Positions 38,314 through 50,056 of a stretch of DNA of 64,000 nucleotides are shown piece after piece. The translations under genes were made by a program, and so were the position numbers. The first letter of the stretch is position 1. The number at the start of each line of letters is the position of its first letter. The notes beneath the pieces were generated by a model. It was not told the origin of the DNA and ran no database searches. It saw only the letters and a program-made list of their open reading frames with translations. The stretch covers positions 573,498-637,497 of the forward strand of contig JBNJNM010000014.1 in NCBI GenBank assembly GCA_052426225.1, read 5' to 3'. This DNA is from Zancudomyces culisetae HAW-14-8 (lineage: Eukaryota; Fungi; Kickxellomycota).

Positions 38314-38920
38314 TCTTTAATACACCTTTATAACTGATAATAAGTCACTTTAGAGTCAAGTTTAGTGAATGAAAATATTATTTTTCTAGCCTTAAAAAGC
38401 TGAGATTAATTAAAGTACCCAATCTTTGCATAAATAAATTACAATATTCTACTTTAAAGCGAAACCAAAATGATCCATAACTTTTAGTATTTACGTATAT
38501 TTTAGTTGATAGTATATTTTAATGTCACTACAAGTACACAAAAATTAAAAAGATAGTAGGTAAAAAATTTCTTAAAACATAATATGAAAAGTCTGTTTCC
38601 ACAAGTCTAGAGACAGCATACTCACTGGTAATTGATCAGATGATGTATTTTCTGCCTTAGGTAGATCAAAGCCAATTATCTTAATAAACTATGTGTACTT
38701 TACCAATGGTAATATTACTAATTTAGTAAACAGAATAAATTAGATACTGGTAATTTAATTGCTATCTAGTAGTTAATTCTGAATTTATATTCGATTCATG
38801 CAGCAATATATTGTATCTTCATGTATGTTGTTCGATATTATTTATTTAAATAATATATAAAGACCCTTAGAATTAGTTAAAGTAACGACTAAAACCAATA
38901 AAGTTTTAAAGACTTGCAAG

Positions 38921-39337
38921 TTAGTAGTAGTATCCACCGTAGTATGGGTAGCTGTAACCGTAACCGTAACCGTAGCCATACGATGGATATCCGTAGTACC
39001 CGCCGTAGTATGGGTATCCATAGTATCCGTACCACCAACGGTCATCGGTTCCATTTCCTGCATCACCGCCTTCTGCTGAAGGATCAACAGTTTGAGCAGA
39101 ATCGTCGTCAGCTGGTGCAACTTCCTCCTCCTCGTCAGCACGCTTGCGGTAGGCTGGAGCGGCAAAGCGGTTGTTAAAGGCAGGGCGAGATGGTGGAGCA
39201 TATCTTCCAAAGTCCTGGACCTGTCCCATTGGTGGTTGCATAGGTCCGACATTTGCTCTTGGTCTTGGAGCGGATGCAGCATTTACTGATACTGTGGCAA
39301 CTGCGGCAGTGAAGAGTGCGAGTGTTGATTTTACCAT
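38921..39337 (-). CDS. Secreted precursor with a KR site, acidic spacer and Tyr/Gly-rich C-terminal peptide
   Basis: Signal peptide, YRKR, ADEEEE spacer, and DDRWWYGYYGYPYYGG...YYY tail. Confidence 0.85.
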   Translation of the reverse strand: MVKSTLALFTAAVATVSVNAASAPRPRANVGPMQPPMGQVQDFGRYAPPSRPAFNNRFAAPAYRKRADEEEEVAPADDDSAQTVDPSAEGGDAGNGTDDRWWYGYYGYPYYGGYYGYPSYGYGYGYGYSYPYYGGYYY

Positions 39338-40618
39338 TTTTGATATCTAGTTTAAAATGAGCGTTGTATGTAGCTGATTGCTAATGCAATATTTTAATAC
39401 AAATGATTGTGATTATGCTTTAAATTGATACTTGAGGAACTTCAACTGTTGATAATTTTTTATTTTGGCAGTGATATCTTGACCCATTTTATACTTTTTC
39501 TATTCTCATTTTTAATCTACTTTACTCTTTAATCGCAAATAACGGATTTCCTATATTATCTTTAAAGAATTCCAGAATAGTCTAATTTTAGAACCGTAAA
39601 GAATATTGGTAATGATTATAGGGCTAAATTTGAATGTATGTGTAATTTTAAAGAATCAGGTTAGTAATTTACCATAACCGTAACTCTAATATTTTAAAAA
39701 ATTGTTATTTTGTAGTAAGTGTTAAAGCACAAAGAGCAAACAATATTAACTTGTGTTCGATAATTGTGTTTACTTGATTTATGGTAAAGTAAAACGCGAG
39801 CTTAACAAATACGCTAGAGGTATTTTTAATTCTTACATAACACAAAACAAAGTCTTTATTTTATTTGAATTTGACTTTTGAATAACAAATACCAAAGTAT
39901 AATCATACCCGTGCTACAACCAGTTATGGATTATTGGTAATTTAATTCATCCTAATGATATTTAACCAGAGCAAATAATTATCGATTTAATGGTGATTTA
40001 GTGAAAAAAATAAATTGAACTAAAAATAGTATTTATAGTCAATCTATTCTTAGAAATTGTTTAAATTATCTAAACCAAATAGAGTAGTTCCGATCCAATT
40101 ATATTGATAATTTTAATATGTCTTTACTTTCACCCTTCTTTTTTATATTGAGTAATAATTGTTGTAGACGGAAAATAATAAAAATACTATTATTAACATA
40201 ATGTAAATGACCATAAGATCGCCCCTTCCCAATGATTACAAATTGTCTAAAATAAGTAAAATAGTGAGAATGAAGCAGCGTTTCAAATTTTATCATACTA
40301 GGTAAGCATATTTACTTTTTTAGATTGCACTAGTGAATCTTGGTGTTCTAATGGCACAAATAAACATTATTATACAGCTAAACAAAATGTATCAAAGTTT
40401 GTGTATGGTTTTATTGTTTGGTAGTTTAACTTAGATGGAAAATAGAGTCTAATTAACATCACATGTTTCCAACTATCTTGATTAAAAAATCGAACCAAAA
40501 AGACAGCAATAGATAAAAAGAATTTAGTATATTTATCAAGATAAAGAAAAATAAAACATAGCTACAGCACGTTTTTAGAGGGTACAATTTATAAATATTG
40601 TATAAATAATGTAAAAAA

Positions 40619-40840
40619 CTATAAGACCAGTTGAGAGAGAACGGTCTGATACCCGCATGTTGTCAGGCTTCTCATACGCAAAAAGGCTTGATCAGCAAGC
40701 TCTTTAAATGGGCCATGTGACTCTCTGGAATCCACCTTCATATTGATGGTTCCAGAGCGATCACTGTCTGATGAATAACGGCCTTCATCCTTGGCCTGCT
40801 GGATCCATGCTGTTTTCAGTTTATGCATAAGACCTGACAT
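40619..40840 (-). CDS. Small orphan ORF in a dispersed repeat (paralogue at 50057)
   Basis: Shares IQQxKDEGRYSxDSDRSG...ESHxPF with 50057..50299, and the upstream flanks are also similar. Confidence 0.45.
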   Translation of the reverse strand: MSGLMHKLKTAWIQQAKDEGRYSSDSDRSGTINMKVDSRESHGPFKELADQAFLRMRSLTTCGYQTVLSQLVL

Positions 40841-41439
40841 TTTGATTGAGATTTTAATATTTAAAGTTTTATAAGTTTAACTAGCCGTAGCACTATTATC
40901 TTTTTTTGTTATAACTAAAACCAATACATTTTACTTTTAAAGTATTCTTTATTTCTTTTCTCTTACTCTTATAAAATTTTGAACTATTAAAAGAGCTAAG
41001 AAATCCTCATTGAGGCTTACTTTGTTTATATATAACTATTTCATTAAAATATTAATAGCTATATTTATTTTACCTATGTTTCAATATTGATTTACTGTGT
41101 TCTTGCCTGTGGTTATGGTGTTTGATTCTTTTTATGTTCTGTTTGTTTTTATATCAAAAAATCGATATACTATTTAATAAAAAATATTTTTATTTGTATT
41201 TCAATTTTATTATTTTTCTGTGACTATTCGATCTGTATTTCATTGATAACTGTTATCATAATTTTTAAAATTTTTTTTGTTGAATATTAGTTTATTGAAA
41301 TACTGTTAATTAAAATATTTATTTGTTTTAATTGTGCCCAGCACGATCCGGGTACACTCATAAAGTACTTTCAAGCTCTTAAGTCTACAAAAATAATAAA
41401 AAAATAAGCTAATGAACTCTACCTTTGATAATTAGCCGA

Positions 41440-42060
41440 GATGCAACACAATAGTCCAGTCAAAGGGAAAACCAACAGCGCAACATATGAAATTATATAT
41501 TTATTATCTCAAGAGATAGCTGCCATTATATCCTAGTAATATGATAATACCTACTATATACACAATATACTAATACCCGTAATATAAATAACTTTTAATA
41601 ATAGCTACCAACACTACAAACAAACGCTAATACGAATCGATCTGGGAACCGTCATACAAATGCATTTGATTTATCAGGATTTGGAAACCTAAATTCCCGA
41701 AATACAAACAACAATAGTAGTTCTACCAGCAACATAAACGCTGGAGCAAGTACCTCGGTATCAAAATTGAACTCTGATACGCTGTTTCATCGACTAAAGC
41801 TTGATTCTAGTTTAATAGACAAATCACCTCTTCCTCAAGAACCAGAAAACTCTTGGGATACTAACCCATCAAAACTTGCAGATTTATTTACTAAACGCAA
41901 AGAGTTTATGGTTTTGCAGGCACGAAAGTAAGAAACTACATTCTAGTGGTGTTTTCTATACAATACGAGTGTTTTTCAATGTTTTTTTACATCTATTTTT
42001 ACAAATAGAAAATTCCTGAAAGACAAAGGCAGCTTACTGAAAAGGCACAATAGACTAGGA
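41440..42060 (+). pseudogene. 5'-truncated CUE1/AUP1-like fragment (Ubc7/G2-binding region)
   Basis: Reads SWDTNPSKLADLFTKRKEFMVLQARK, then a GTAAG intron, then KFLKDK, resembling the W...RKxxMILxARxxF E2-binding helix. No start codon, and upstream frames are disrupted. Confidence 0.5.
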
Positions 42061-43255
42061 TAATTTTTTTTGGCGCCATTTAGGTATTATGAATAGCTTA
42101 CCCTGATATTAATATATAACTTTTTAATAATATCCCACAGAAAACAGACAGAAAACAGACAGAAAAGCGCAGATTATTAGAAAAATTTATCAAAAACCTG
42201 TGTTGCTACTTTACTACCTGTAATTCAGTTAAAAGGATGAATAATGTGTCTAACCACTTATCTATTCTTCACCATTCGCTCATGGTATCCTCAAAAGGTG
42301 ATAAAATTTATATTTTCCGCTAAACCTCGTAATTATAAAGAAAAGTAGCACATCTTCATAATGCTTGCTTGTCACTTTTTAAACAAATTTATTTACTTTA
42401 TGTACTGATAATATTATCAAATGTTATGGCTAGGTTTATTATAGTTCTATCTAGTCTAAAATGTATTTACTAAAAGTGTCCTTGTTGAATGTAGTTCACT
42501 TTACAAATAATCACCTGGTAACTCTCACCGTCGTAACTAGGCGCAGTACTGGATAACGTTCAAGAGTTATTCTTAAGTTACGATTAGTTTTCTTTATTTT
42601 TTAATGCTCAAACCTTAATCTATTCAAAATATTAAGATTATTATTATTATATGATAATATTGTAAAATGTCTTTCTTATTTTTATTTTTTTTCTCGGTCT
42701 GTTTGAAAACGAAGGGTAATTTAACCCTTGTAAAAGTTGGGGTCCGGTTTCATATAAATTAAATGACTTAACCGACTCGATTCTGATACAAGCCTGACGC
42801 CCGTTTCAAACTCATCCCGGCAGGTTTACATTTGAATTTGAGATAACCCCTAATCACATTACGCGACTACAAAATCTAGATTCCTGAATTAATTAACGAT
42901 AACCATATTTGTACTTGTATAAAATGAAGATATTAAATTCGCTAGAAATTAGTGAGCTGACATATTATCTCATAGGTTACCTCACATGATTGATAAAAAT
43001 GTACAAAAGCCTTATATTTATATTCTGGGCAGACCTCTGGAAGTGCAAATAAGCGTAAGGCGGATCTGCTTTAATTTAAAAGACAAATGCTTTATTTAAA
43101 CGTTTTTGTTTTGCTAATTAAATAAACTGTAACCTAGAGTTTAAGTCCACTGTAATTAATTAATTAATTTTTAGTATATTAAACACCGAAAATTGTAAGT
43201 CGAGGCTAGCGTTCAAAATTAAATTTAGCGTATTGGTTATCATTTTTGAATTTAG

Positions 43256-43524
43256 AAAAGTATATTAACTTGTAGCTCAAAGTTTACATTCTAGAAACGT
43301 ATAGGTATAATGCAACAATAAGCCCATTACAATATTATACAAAGTGAAGTGGTGTTTTGTATAAGTAAGGAATTACATGAGAAATAAAAGTATACTAACT
43401 TGTAGCTCAAAGTTGACATTCTAGAAACGTGTAGGTATAATGCAACAATAAGCCCATTACAATATTATACAAAGTGAAGTGGCGTTTTGTATAAGTAAGA
43501 TATTTCATGAGAAATAAAAGTATA
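43256..43524 (+). repeat. 130-bp tandem duplication in the promoter of the 43626 gene
   Basis: 43256-43385 is repeated at 43386-43515 with few substitutions, ending at TATAAAA 43521. Confidence 0.9.
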
Positions 43525-43625
43525 AAAGGGGTTACAATTCCCTTCAAGTTGTAGAATACATATCACGAGTAGAATAAACAATTCACTTATTAGACGAAAA
43601 AATCTTTCAAAAGTTAATCAAAAAA

Positions 43626-44036
43626 ATGAAGTTCTCCGTATTCAGCATGATGTGCTTGAGCCTGGGTATGACCAGTGCATACAGCATCGCAGATTCAAAT
43701 CAAGCTGCCAAAAACAAACAAGCAGACAACAGTCCCAACCGCCTTTGTGGTTGTCATCATCAAAAAAAAATGAAGCTTGAGATTTTCAGTAAAACCCATT
43801 ATCAAGGGAAAAGTCAAATCAAACATTTGAAACCAGGTCGCTGCTATAACATTCCAAGTACCGGAAGTGCAAAAATGGACGATGGTAAACCAGGAAGTGG
43901 AGATATTACGTTTTGTGTAGAGGCAGACTGTCAAGGGCACTGCTTTACCGCATCTAGAAGCATTCTACTTTATCCAGATAATATCCCAGGAATTGATCTT
44001 GGTGCTTATGCAAAATCAGTAGGATGGACTCTCTAG
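43626..44036 (+). CDS. Small secreted Cys-rich protein (crystallin/MiAMP1-like family, member 3)
   Basis: Signal peptide, PNRLCGC, IFSKTHYQG, RCYN, DDGKPG, CVEADCQGHC, LYP, SVGW. Confidence 0.87.
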   Translation: MKFSVFSMMCLSLGMTSAYSIADSNQAAKNKQADNSPNRLCGCHHQKKMKLEIFSKTHYQGKSQIKHLKPGRCYNIPSTGSAKMDDGKPGSGDITFCVEADCQGHCFTASRSILLYPDNIPGIDLGAYAKSVGWTL

Positions 44037-44383
44037 TGGGTATTTTAGAACTATTTGAAAAGGTTTTACTAGTTAGTATATAGAAGTTTCAATACCTAAA
44101 CTGGATTTGACACTTGCTCTATAGATATTTATTAATTTAAATATTGCAAGTGGAAATAAACTATTTTACTGCTATAAGTTCAAATGTACAAGCTGGTGCT
44201 TTAAATAATCTATATATATCAAAGTTTTTTTAATTCTGACTTTTCTAGTATGCCGATCTTATTAAAGATAATCTACATATATGGGGAATAAAAGTTTGCA
44301 TTTTAACCAAATAATTAATCAAGAGATTGAACTTGAAAGCATTAATTGGATTAAATCATGTTATTAGTTGTTATGAATACACT

Positions 44384-45474
44384 TGTATCACAACAGTATT
44401 GTATATTAAATACATAAAAATTAATGTTTATTAATGATAATCTTGTATATCATTAATATTATTTAATTATAAGTTTATATATTTAATTATTATTATATTA
44501 TTAGTTTTAAACATTAATATAGTGCATATTAATGATGTTCGCTTAATAGTATATTATAATTGGTTTTATTACTAGTTTAAGTTTTATATTAATATTTATA
44601 ACAAACTTAATTGTATAAAAGGTGATTCATTTCCTTTTCATGAACAATTATGTTTGTCATTCTCGTTTAACAATAATAAAGATATTATTAACTAATATTT
44701 TATTATTACTGTGTGTTTTAAGCTAGTATAATTAATAATAACTTTTATAAATTAACTGTGTTTTAATTTGTTAATACCATCATTATTGTGTATAATATTG
44801 GTATCTAACACTGCTTGACCGTGCGAGAATGCGCATTAAAGGGTATTCAGAACCCTTCCTTGATCACCTGGAGTACTCATTGGTGATCGGTAAGCTTCCA
44901 TGCCTCCTGGAAGAGCTTCAGTCAACCCCTTACTTTCGGGGTCTGATGCTGTTGCCACCCCGAAAATTATTCTTAGGAGTATTGAAACGGGGCTGCCTCT
45001 GCTCATGGACCAGCTGTGGCTCTTGGAGCTGTGACTGCTGTGTTAGATACCGAAATTATACACAATATAGATATTATTAACATTTTAACACACAGTTAAT
45101 TTATAAAAGCTATTATTAATAATTAGTATAAAACTCGCAGTAATACATGCAATAATACATGTTATTATCTTTATTATCGTTAAATGTGATATCAAACAAA
45201 TTTTACTTGTAAAGGTATATTATCTCCGTATATACAATTAAGCTTGTAATAATTATTTATATATAACTTAATCTAAAAAGCGTATTATTTAATATACACA
45301 ATATTAATGTTGATAGGATTATTATTGATTTTGAATATCAATCTAATGTTTTAAACTGATACTTATTATTAAATAAATAATATAAACTTGTAATACAATA
45401 ATATATGAAACACAACTATATCATTAATATAAATTAATTATATTGTATTTAATATTCAATATCGTTAAGATACA
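44384..45474. mobile_element. Inverted pair of LTR-like arms (44384-44810 and 45041-45474) enclosing a 230-bp DIRS gag/pol junction fragment
   Basis: The arms are diverged reverse complements, each TG...CA. The left arm has TATAAAA at 44614 and AATAAA at 44675. Core 44811-44970 aligns with intact DIRS 19866-20027. Confidence 0.8.
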
Positions 45475-45482
45475 TGTATATT

Positions 45483-45899
45483 CTAAAACAATGGTGGTGG
45501 TGGTGGTCATGGCCTACATTTTTGGCGGGGCCAAAATATTCGCCTATACTTTTGCCTACACTAGTGCCTACACTTTTGATGGCGGTGACGGTGGCAGTAA
45601 GGTCTGCATACTTTACGACGACGACATTGAGATCTACAAATCCTGCATTATTGTTTGAAAGGTAGACGTTTTTTGGGTCTAGTTCACCTTTTTTTTACAT
45701 ACCTTGTATTTGGCTAAGTTGGCCGTGTGGAGGTTAGTTTAACCTTTCATTTTTATATTATTTTAATTATTATTTTTAGTACATTACCATTATGTGAAAA
45801 AAGTTTTTTAAAGATTTTAATTTGGCTAGCATCACTATCTTGGGATTGAGCGGAAACTGAAAAGAGTGCAATAAGGCACAACAATTTGATTATAACCAT
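45483..45899 (-). pseudogene. Pseudogene of a secreted Cys/Arg-rich cationic peptide
   Basis: Signal peptide MVIIKLLCLIALFSVSA and intron 45714-45787 (GTAATG...CTAAC...TTAG). After one frameshift in an A8 run it reads CRICRSQCRRRKVCRPYCHRHRHQKCRH*CRQKYRR..., with several stops. Confidence 0.55.
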
Positions 45900-47527
45900 C
45901 CTGTACTATTGTCTGGCTCTTTATTCCGTGTTAATTTTGTTTGTATAACCGAGCTCCTACATCTGCGTGACTAGCTAACTAGAAAAAACACAACGAATTG
46001 CTGTTAGATCTTGGCTGCCAGTACCTCTAAGTTTTTTAATTTGTATTCCTGTGCCTGAAGTTTTATTATGACATATAACACTACTATATTTTATTACTGC
46101 TTCTTGCTTGTTAGCTATCTGTGAGTGCAACAAAATGATACTAAACTAAATCACGGTATTTTTGACATTTTTATATTTTTGTTAGATGGAATTTTAAATA
46201 CATATTTTCTACAATATACAGCTCGCTTGTGGGTAGTTGAGTTTAGTTGACCTTCTCTCTGATATTTACTTTTAACATGAGTATTCCAGTTTTATTTTAC
46301 TATTAAATAATTATTAAACTATGTACACTTTCTTCTATTTAACATTCTAGATCTTTTATAAACGTCATTTATGTTTATTAAAAGTTACAATCAAATATAC
46401 TTATTAAGAACTAGATCAAAAAAAAGTTAATTTATCGCACTGACAGGGATTTTATTTTAGTTCTAGCTAAAGTCATTAATTTATTAAAATTGAGGCCGAT
46501 CAACTTAGCAAACCTGAACTTGATAATTTACTAGAGCCTAAAGAATATAATTGAATGTTAACTTTTATATAGAAATAATGTGAGGTAGTAATCATCTAGA
46601 TCAATCACAATATTTACGATACTACAGCTATTGGTTTGGTGGTTATTTATTGAAATGTATGATCTCACACTCTCGCACTATTTGTTCATAAAAAGGTCAC
46701 CTTTAATTTTTTTTGATAGAAATGTATAGTAAAAGCGTATAGGTGTTGAGATTTTAGAGTTTCGGAGATCATGAAGTTGGACTGAAAAGATTTGTAAATA
46801 TAACATGTCCGAGACTTGCCCTAAAAATTCTCACATTTTTTATGGCTTCATGAACGGAAGTTGACATATTTTTCCATATTTTTAAACAAGATTCTCGCTA
46901 TCTTTATTGGGTAATATTCTTTTTGTTTTATTTAATGCTTTACAAGTTTAGGACAACTATAATTTGATATTTTGTTTAGCTTTTTAAATTCATAATAATA
47001 TACTTTGATAAGTTGATAATAGTCCAGATTGTGCTAATAACTTTTTAACAAGTCAAGAATAACATTGATAAATAGTTGAAAATATATTTTTATTCTCATA
47101 CACTCAAGCTACAAAGTTGATGTAATAAGCCTTTAGCGTTTTTCAAAACTTTCAAGCATACAACACTTTTTCTATACATTTTTTTATAAACAGGTATTTA
47201 TTTTTATCCTTGTAAGATTTTGAATTAAAGCTAATATATTACATCCATAATTTAAAACCATATTTTAGAATAACAACACTTTAAACATTACCAATTATAC
47301 AAAAAAACTGTATCATTTATGAATGTAGCGAAGGATGTGACTATTTTTAAAATCAATAAAAAGAGAATAAAGTAAGTGACTCTACATTTGGTAAACAAAA
47401 AACACTTTATAAATAGATAATTAAAATATGCCAAATAAAATGGTAGTTTAAAAAGTCATGAATAGATGCCATCAGAATATGTATCATTCTTATCATTGTA
47501 AAACTAAGTATCGCAGAAATATGATAC

Positions 47528-47590
47528 TATAATTGTTTCTGATTATTTACGCAGTGATAATTGTTTAAACTTCATCCAACTAAACATATT
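47528..47590 (+). mobile_element. Short DIRS 3'-terminus relic
   Basis: ATAATTGTTTCTGATT...TTCATCCAACTAAACATATT resembles 17057-17119. Confidence 0.5.
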
Positions 47591-48116
47591 AAACTTGATA
47601 TATTAAATAGCATAACACAAAATTGCACGGAATAAATCACATGTTAGGTGAAAGAGATACATGTATTCTCGCACGGTTAGACGGTGCTTTTAATTCTCAA
47701 ATTATTCATATTACGGGTATTTACTTATATGACATAATTATGTGTCACATCTTTACCTCTTTAATTAGCACTGAAAACTATATTATAAGTTTAAGATAAA
47801 TGCTGAACATATTTATAAATCTATATTAAAACATTCAGTGTGATAATATATGTCAGACGGAATCCTTACACCTTTTATAAATATACATTGTTTCAAAATG
47901 TAAAATCTACAGGCTGTTAAATAATGCCTGGTCATGCCCGATTTGAAATTTATTCATAGTAAAACCACTTTTCAACTCTGCTCCAAACATTATCATTTAT
48001 TGTTGACGAACTTCACTACAATTTTTATTTGATGGATTTTGGCTCTAATATTTAAAAGATTTTCTATCTCTAAATCAAATATCCATACGTTAAAAATAGT
48101 CGAATATTGACTCTAA

Positions 48117-48524
48117 CTATGCTAGGAACCAAATCATAGAGTTTGCAGGTCCTCCAACATTGTCAGCTTCCACATCATATGGGTAAAGCCAGGCTTTTCT
48201 ACTTATAGTTGTACACTTTCCACTACAGTCATTACTGTGGCATAGTGCAGCCCATCCGCGCCCTGGTTGTCCATCGTCAAATCGAAGTGATAGGGCACTT
48301 GGTAATGAGACACATCTGTTTGGTCTTATATTTAGGGTTTCACCTGGACTTTGGAGATTTTTCTCTTTGAACACTTCGATCTTCATTCTAGCGCTGCGAT
48401 TTCGACAAGAACAAAGTCTGTTTGGTCCAATTGGGTATCTATTGTGTTGGCGTAAAGACAAGTCACCCATGCTGTTTGCAAAGGTTAGTCCCAAAGCTGC
48501 AGTTCCGATTATAATGGTCTTCAT
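48117..48524 (-). CDS. Small secreted Cys-rich protein (crystallin/MiAMP1-like family, member 4)
   Basis: Signal peptide, PNRLCSC, IEVF, RCVS, DDGQPG, CHSNDCSGKC, LYP, SMIW. Closest to 43626..44036. Confidence 0.87.
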   Translation of the reverse strand: MKTIIIGTAALGLTFANSMGDLSLRQHNRYPIGPNRLCSCRNRSARMKIEVFKEKNLQSPGETLNIRPNRCVSLPSALSLRFDDGQPGRGWAALCHSNDCSGKCTTISRKAWLYPYDVEADNVGGPANSMIWFLA

Positions 48525-50056
48525 TTTGTCAGTTAATAATTATAATCTGGTAGATATTTGAATTGTTATTCTTCTTAATTTTTAAAATATTCTCCAAACC
48601 AGCTGGATTTATATACTTTTTTGTTTTGAACAAGTCTAGAGTATAAATCAAAGTATAATGTGTATAGACGAGTGTTGTAAAAGTAAAGTTATAAGCTATT
48701 TTGTTAATTTTGTCAAAATAATAAATTATGATCTACTGCATTTTAAAACATTGATGCGTCTTTTGGCGAATGCTGAGATATTACTAGTTAAAAAAGGTAG
48801 TAGTGCATATGATGCATAACTCCAAGTGTGTAAGTCGCTATACGAATATCATATGACTAGATTATCAACTCTAATATATTTATTGTACTTTATGATATAC
48901 TAACCTGTTAGGCTTTAAGAGCTATCATATTGAAAAAATAGTAACAAATCGTTTATGACATGTAGTTAGTTAGCACTTAGTGGAGATCAAACTTTGAGAA
49001 TTGATTAACAGATTGCTGTGCAGCTCAATTTAAGCAAAAAACATTGCCGTACATATTTGAACTATTTGAGGAGGTTTCGAAAAAATAGTAATAAACATCC
49101 TCTTTAGCTAAAGTAGCACACATTCCAGAACAAAAAATTCAATACAAAAAACACTAGCACAATAGTTGTGTAAAGTTGCATTATAAGCTACCATTCATTC
49201 ATTTTAGTTTTTTTGATCAACCAAATTTATAAGCTTATTGTAGCTAAGTGAAGTAGGCTAGACGTAAATTATACAAATTCATGATATCCATTCAAAATAA
49301 ATGTAGTCAGGCTATAGTTGTAGCATAAAGTAGAATAGCTGTGTATAATGATAGAATGAGGAAAATTAAAGTAATCTATGAAAAATAGTGAAAATGATAT
49401 CATGAAACTAATGTACATTCAATCATCAATCATCAATTCTTTTTTTTTGGTTTGAATACTTGAATATTTATTTACACTCAATAACACACTTATAACTTTA
49501 ATACAAATATGCGAATGTTTATATGCCAAGTCAATAATTCTCAGTTATGCTATTGTAGTATATAGCAACTAAACTTTTTGTAAATGTTTGTATTAGACCA
49601 TTCTAGAATTGTAAACTGCTATACTTCTTTTTGCAAGTAAATCGAAATTAAAAACCTTAACTAAATATACTAAAGTACACACATATCAGTAATATTCAAT
49701 AAGCCTGTTAAGAAAAATACACATTAAATTGTTGCATATTTTAAGCAGGAATTTGGCATTTCACAAAGCCTGAATCAAATATGCTTCATCTATAGTTCAA
49801 AAGTATGTACAGAATATTCCACAAAAGAATGGCTGTTGAAAAATAACAAAAATTAGAACACCAACAGAAAATGATATAGATATTTCACGCATTAATTGGG
49901 GGAAGGAATAGGTATCTTCAAAACCAAAATCATATCACAAAATTTCAAGAATTATAGCTTTTAGGATTTCATTTCTTTTAGGCAGTTAAATTGGACTAAG
50001 ATATATTTTTTTAGGGCAAGGAATAAAGGTGAGTGTATATTTTACTATGCGGATAT

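Noticed and set aside
38842-39289. Alternative-frame ORFs over the Tyr/Gly gene
   Set aside because: No signal peptide; by-products of repetitive GC-richer codons.
44829-45080. 83-aa plus-strand ORF
   Set aside because: Antisense reading of the DIRS fragment.
45443-45665. Two plus-strand ORFs (poly-V and poly-W)
   Set aside because: Antisense to the Cys/Arg peptide pseudogene.
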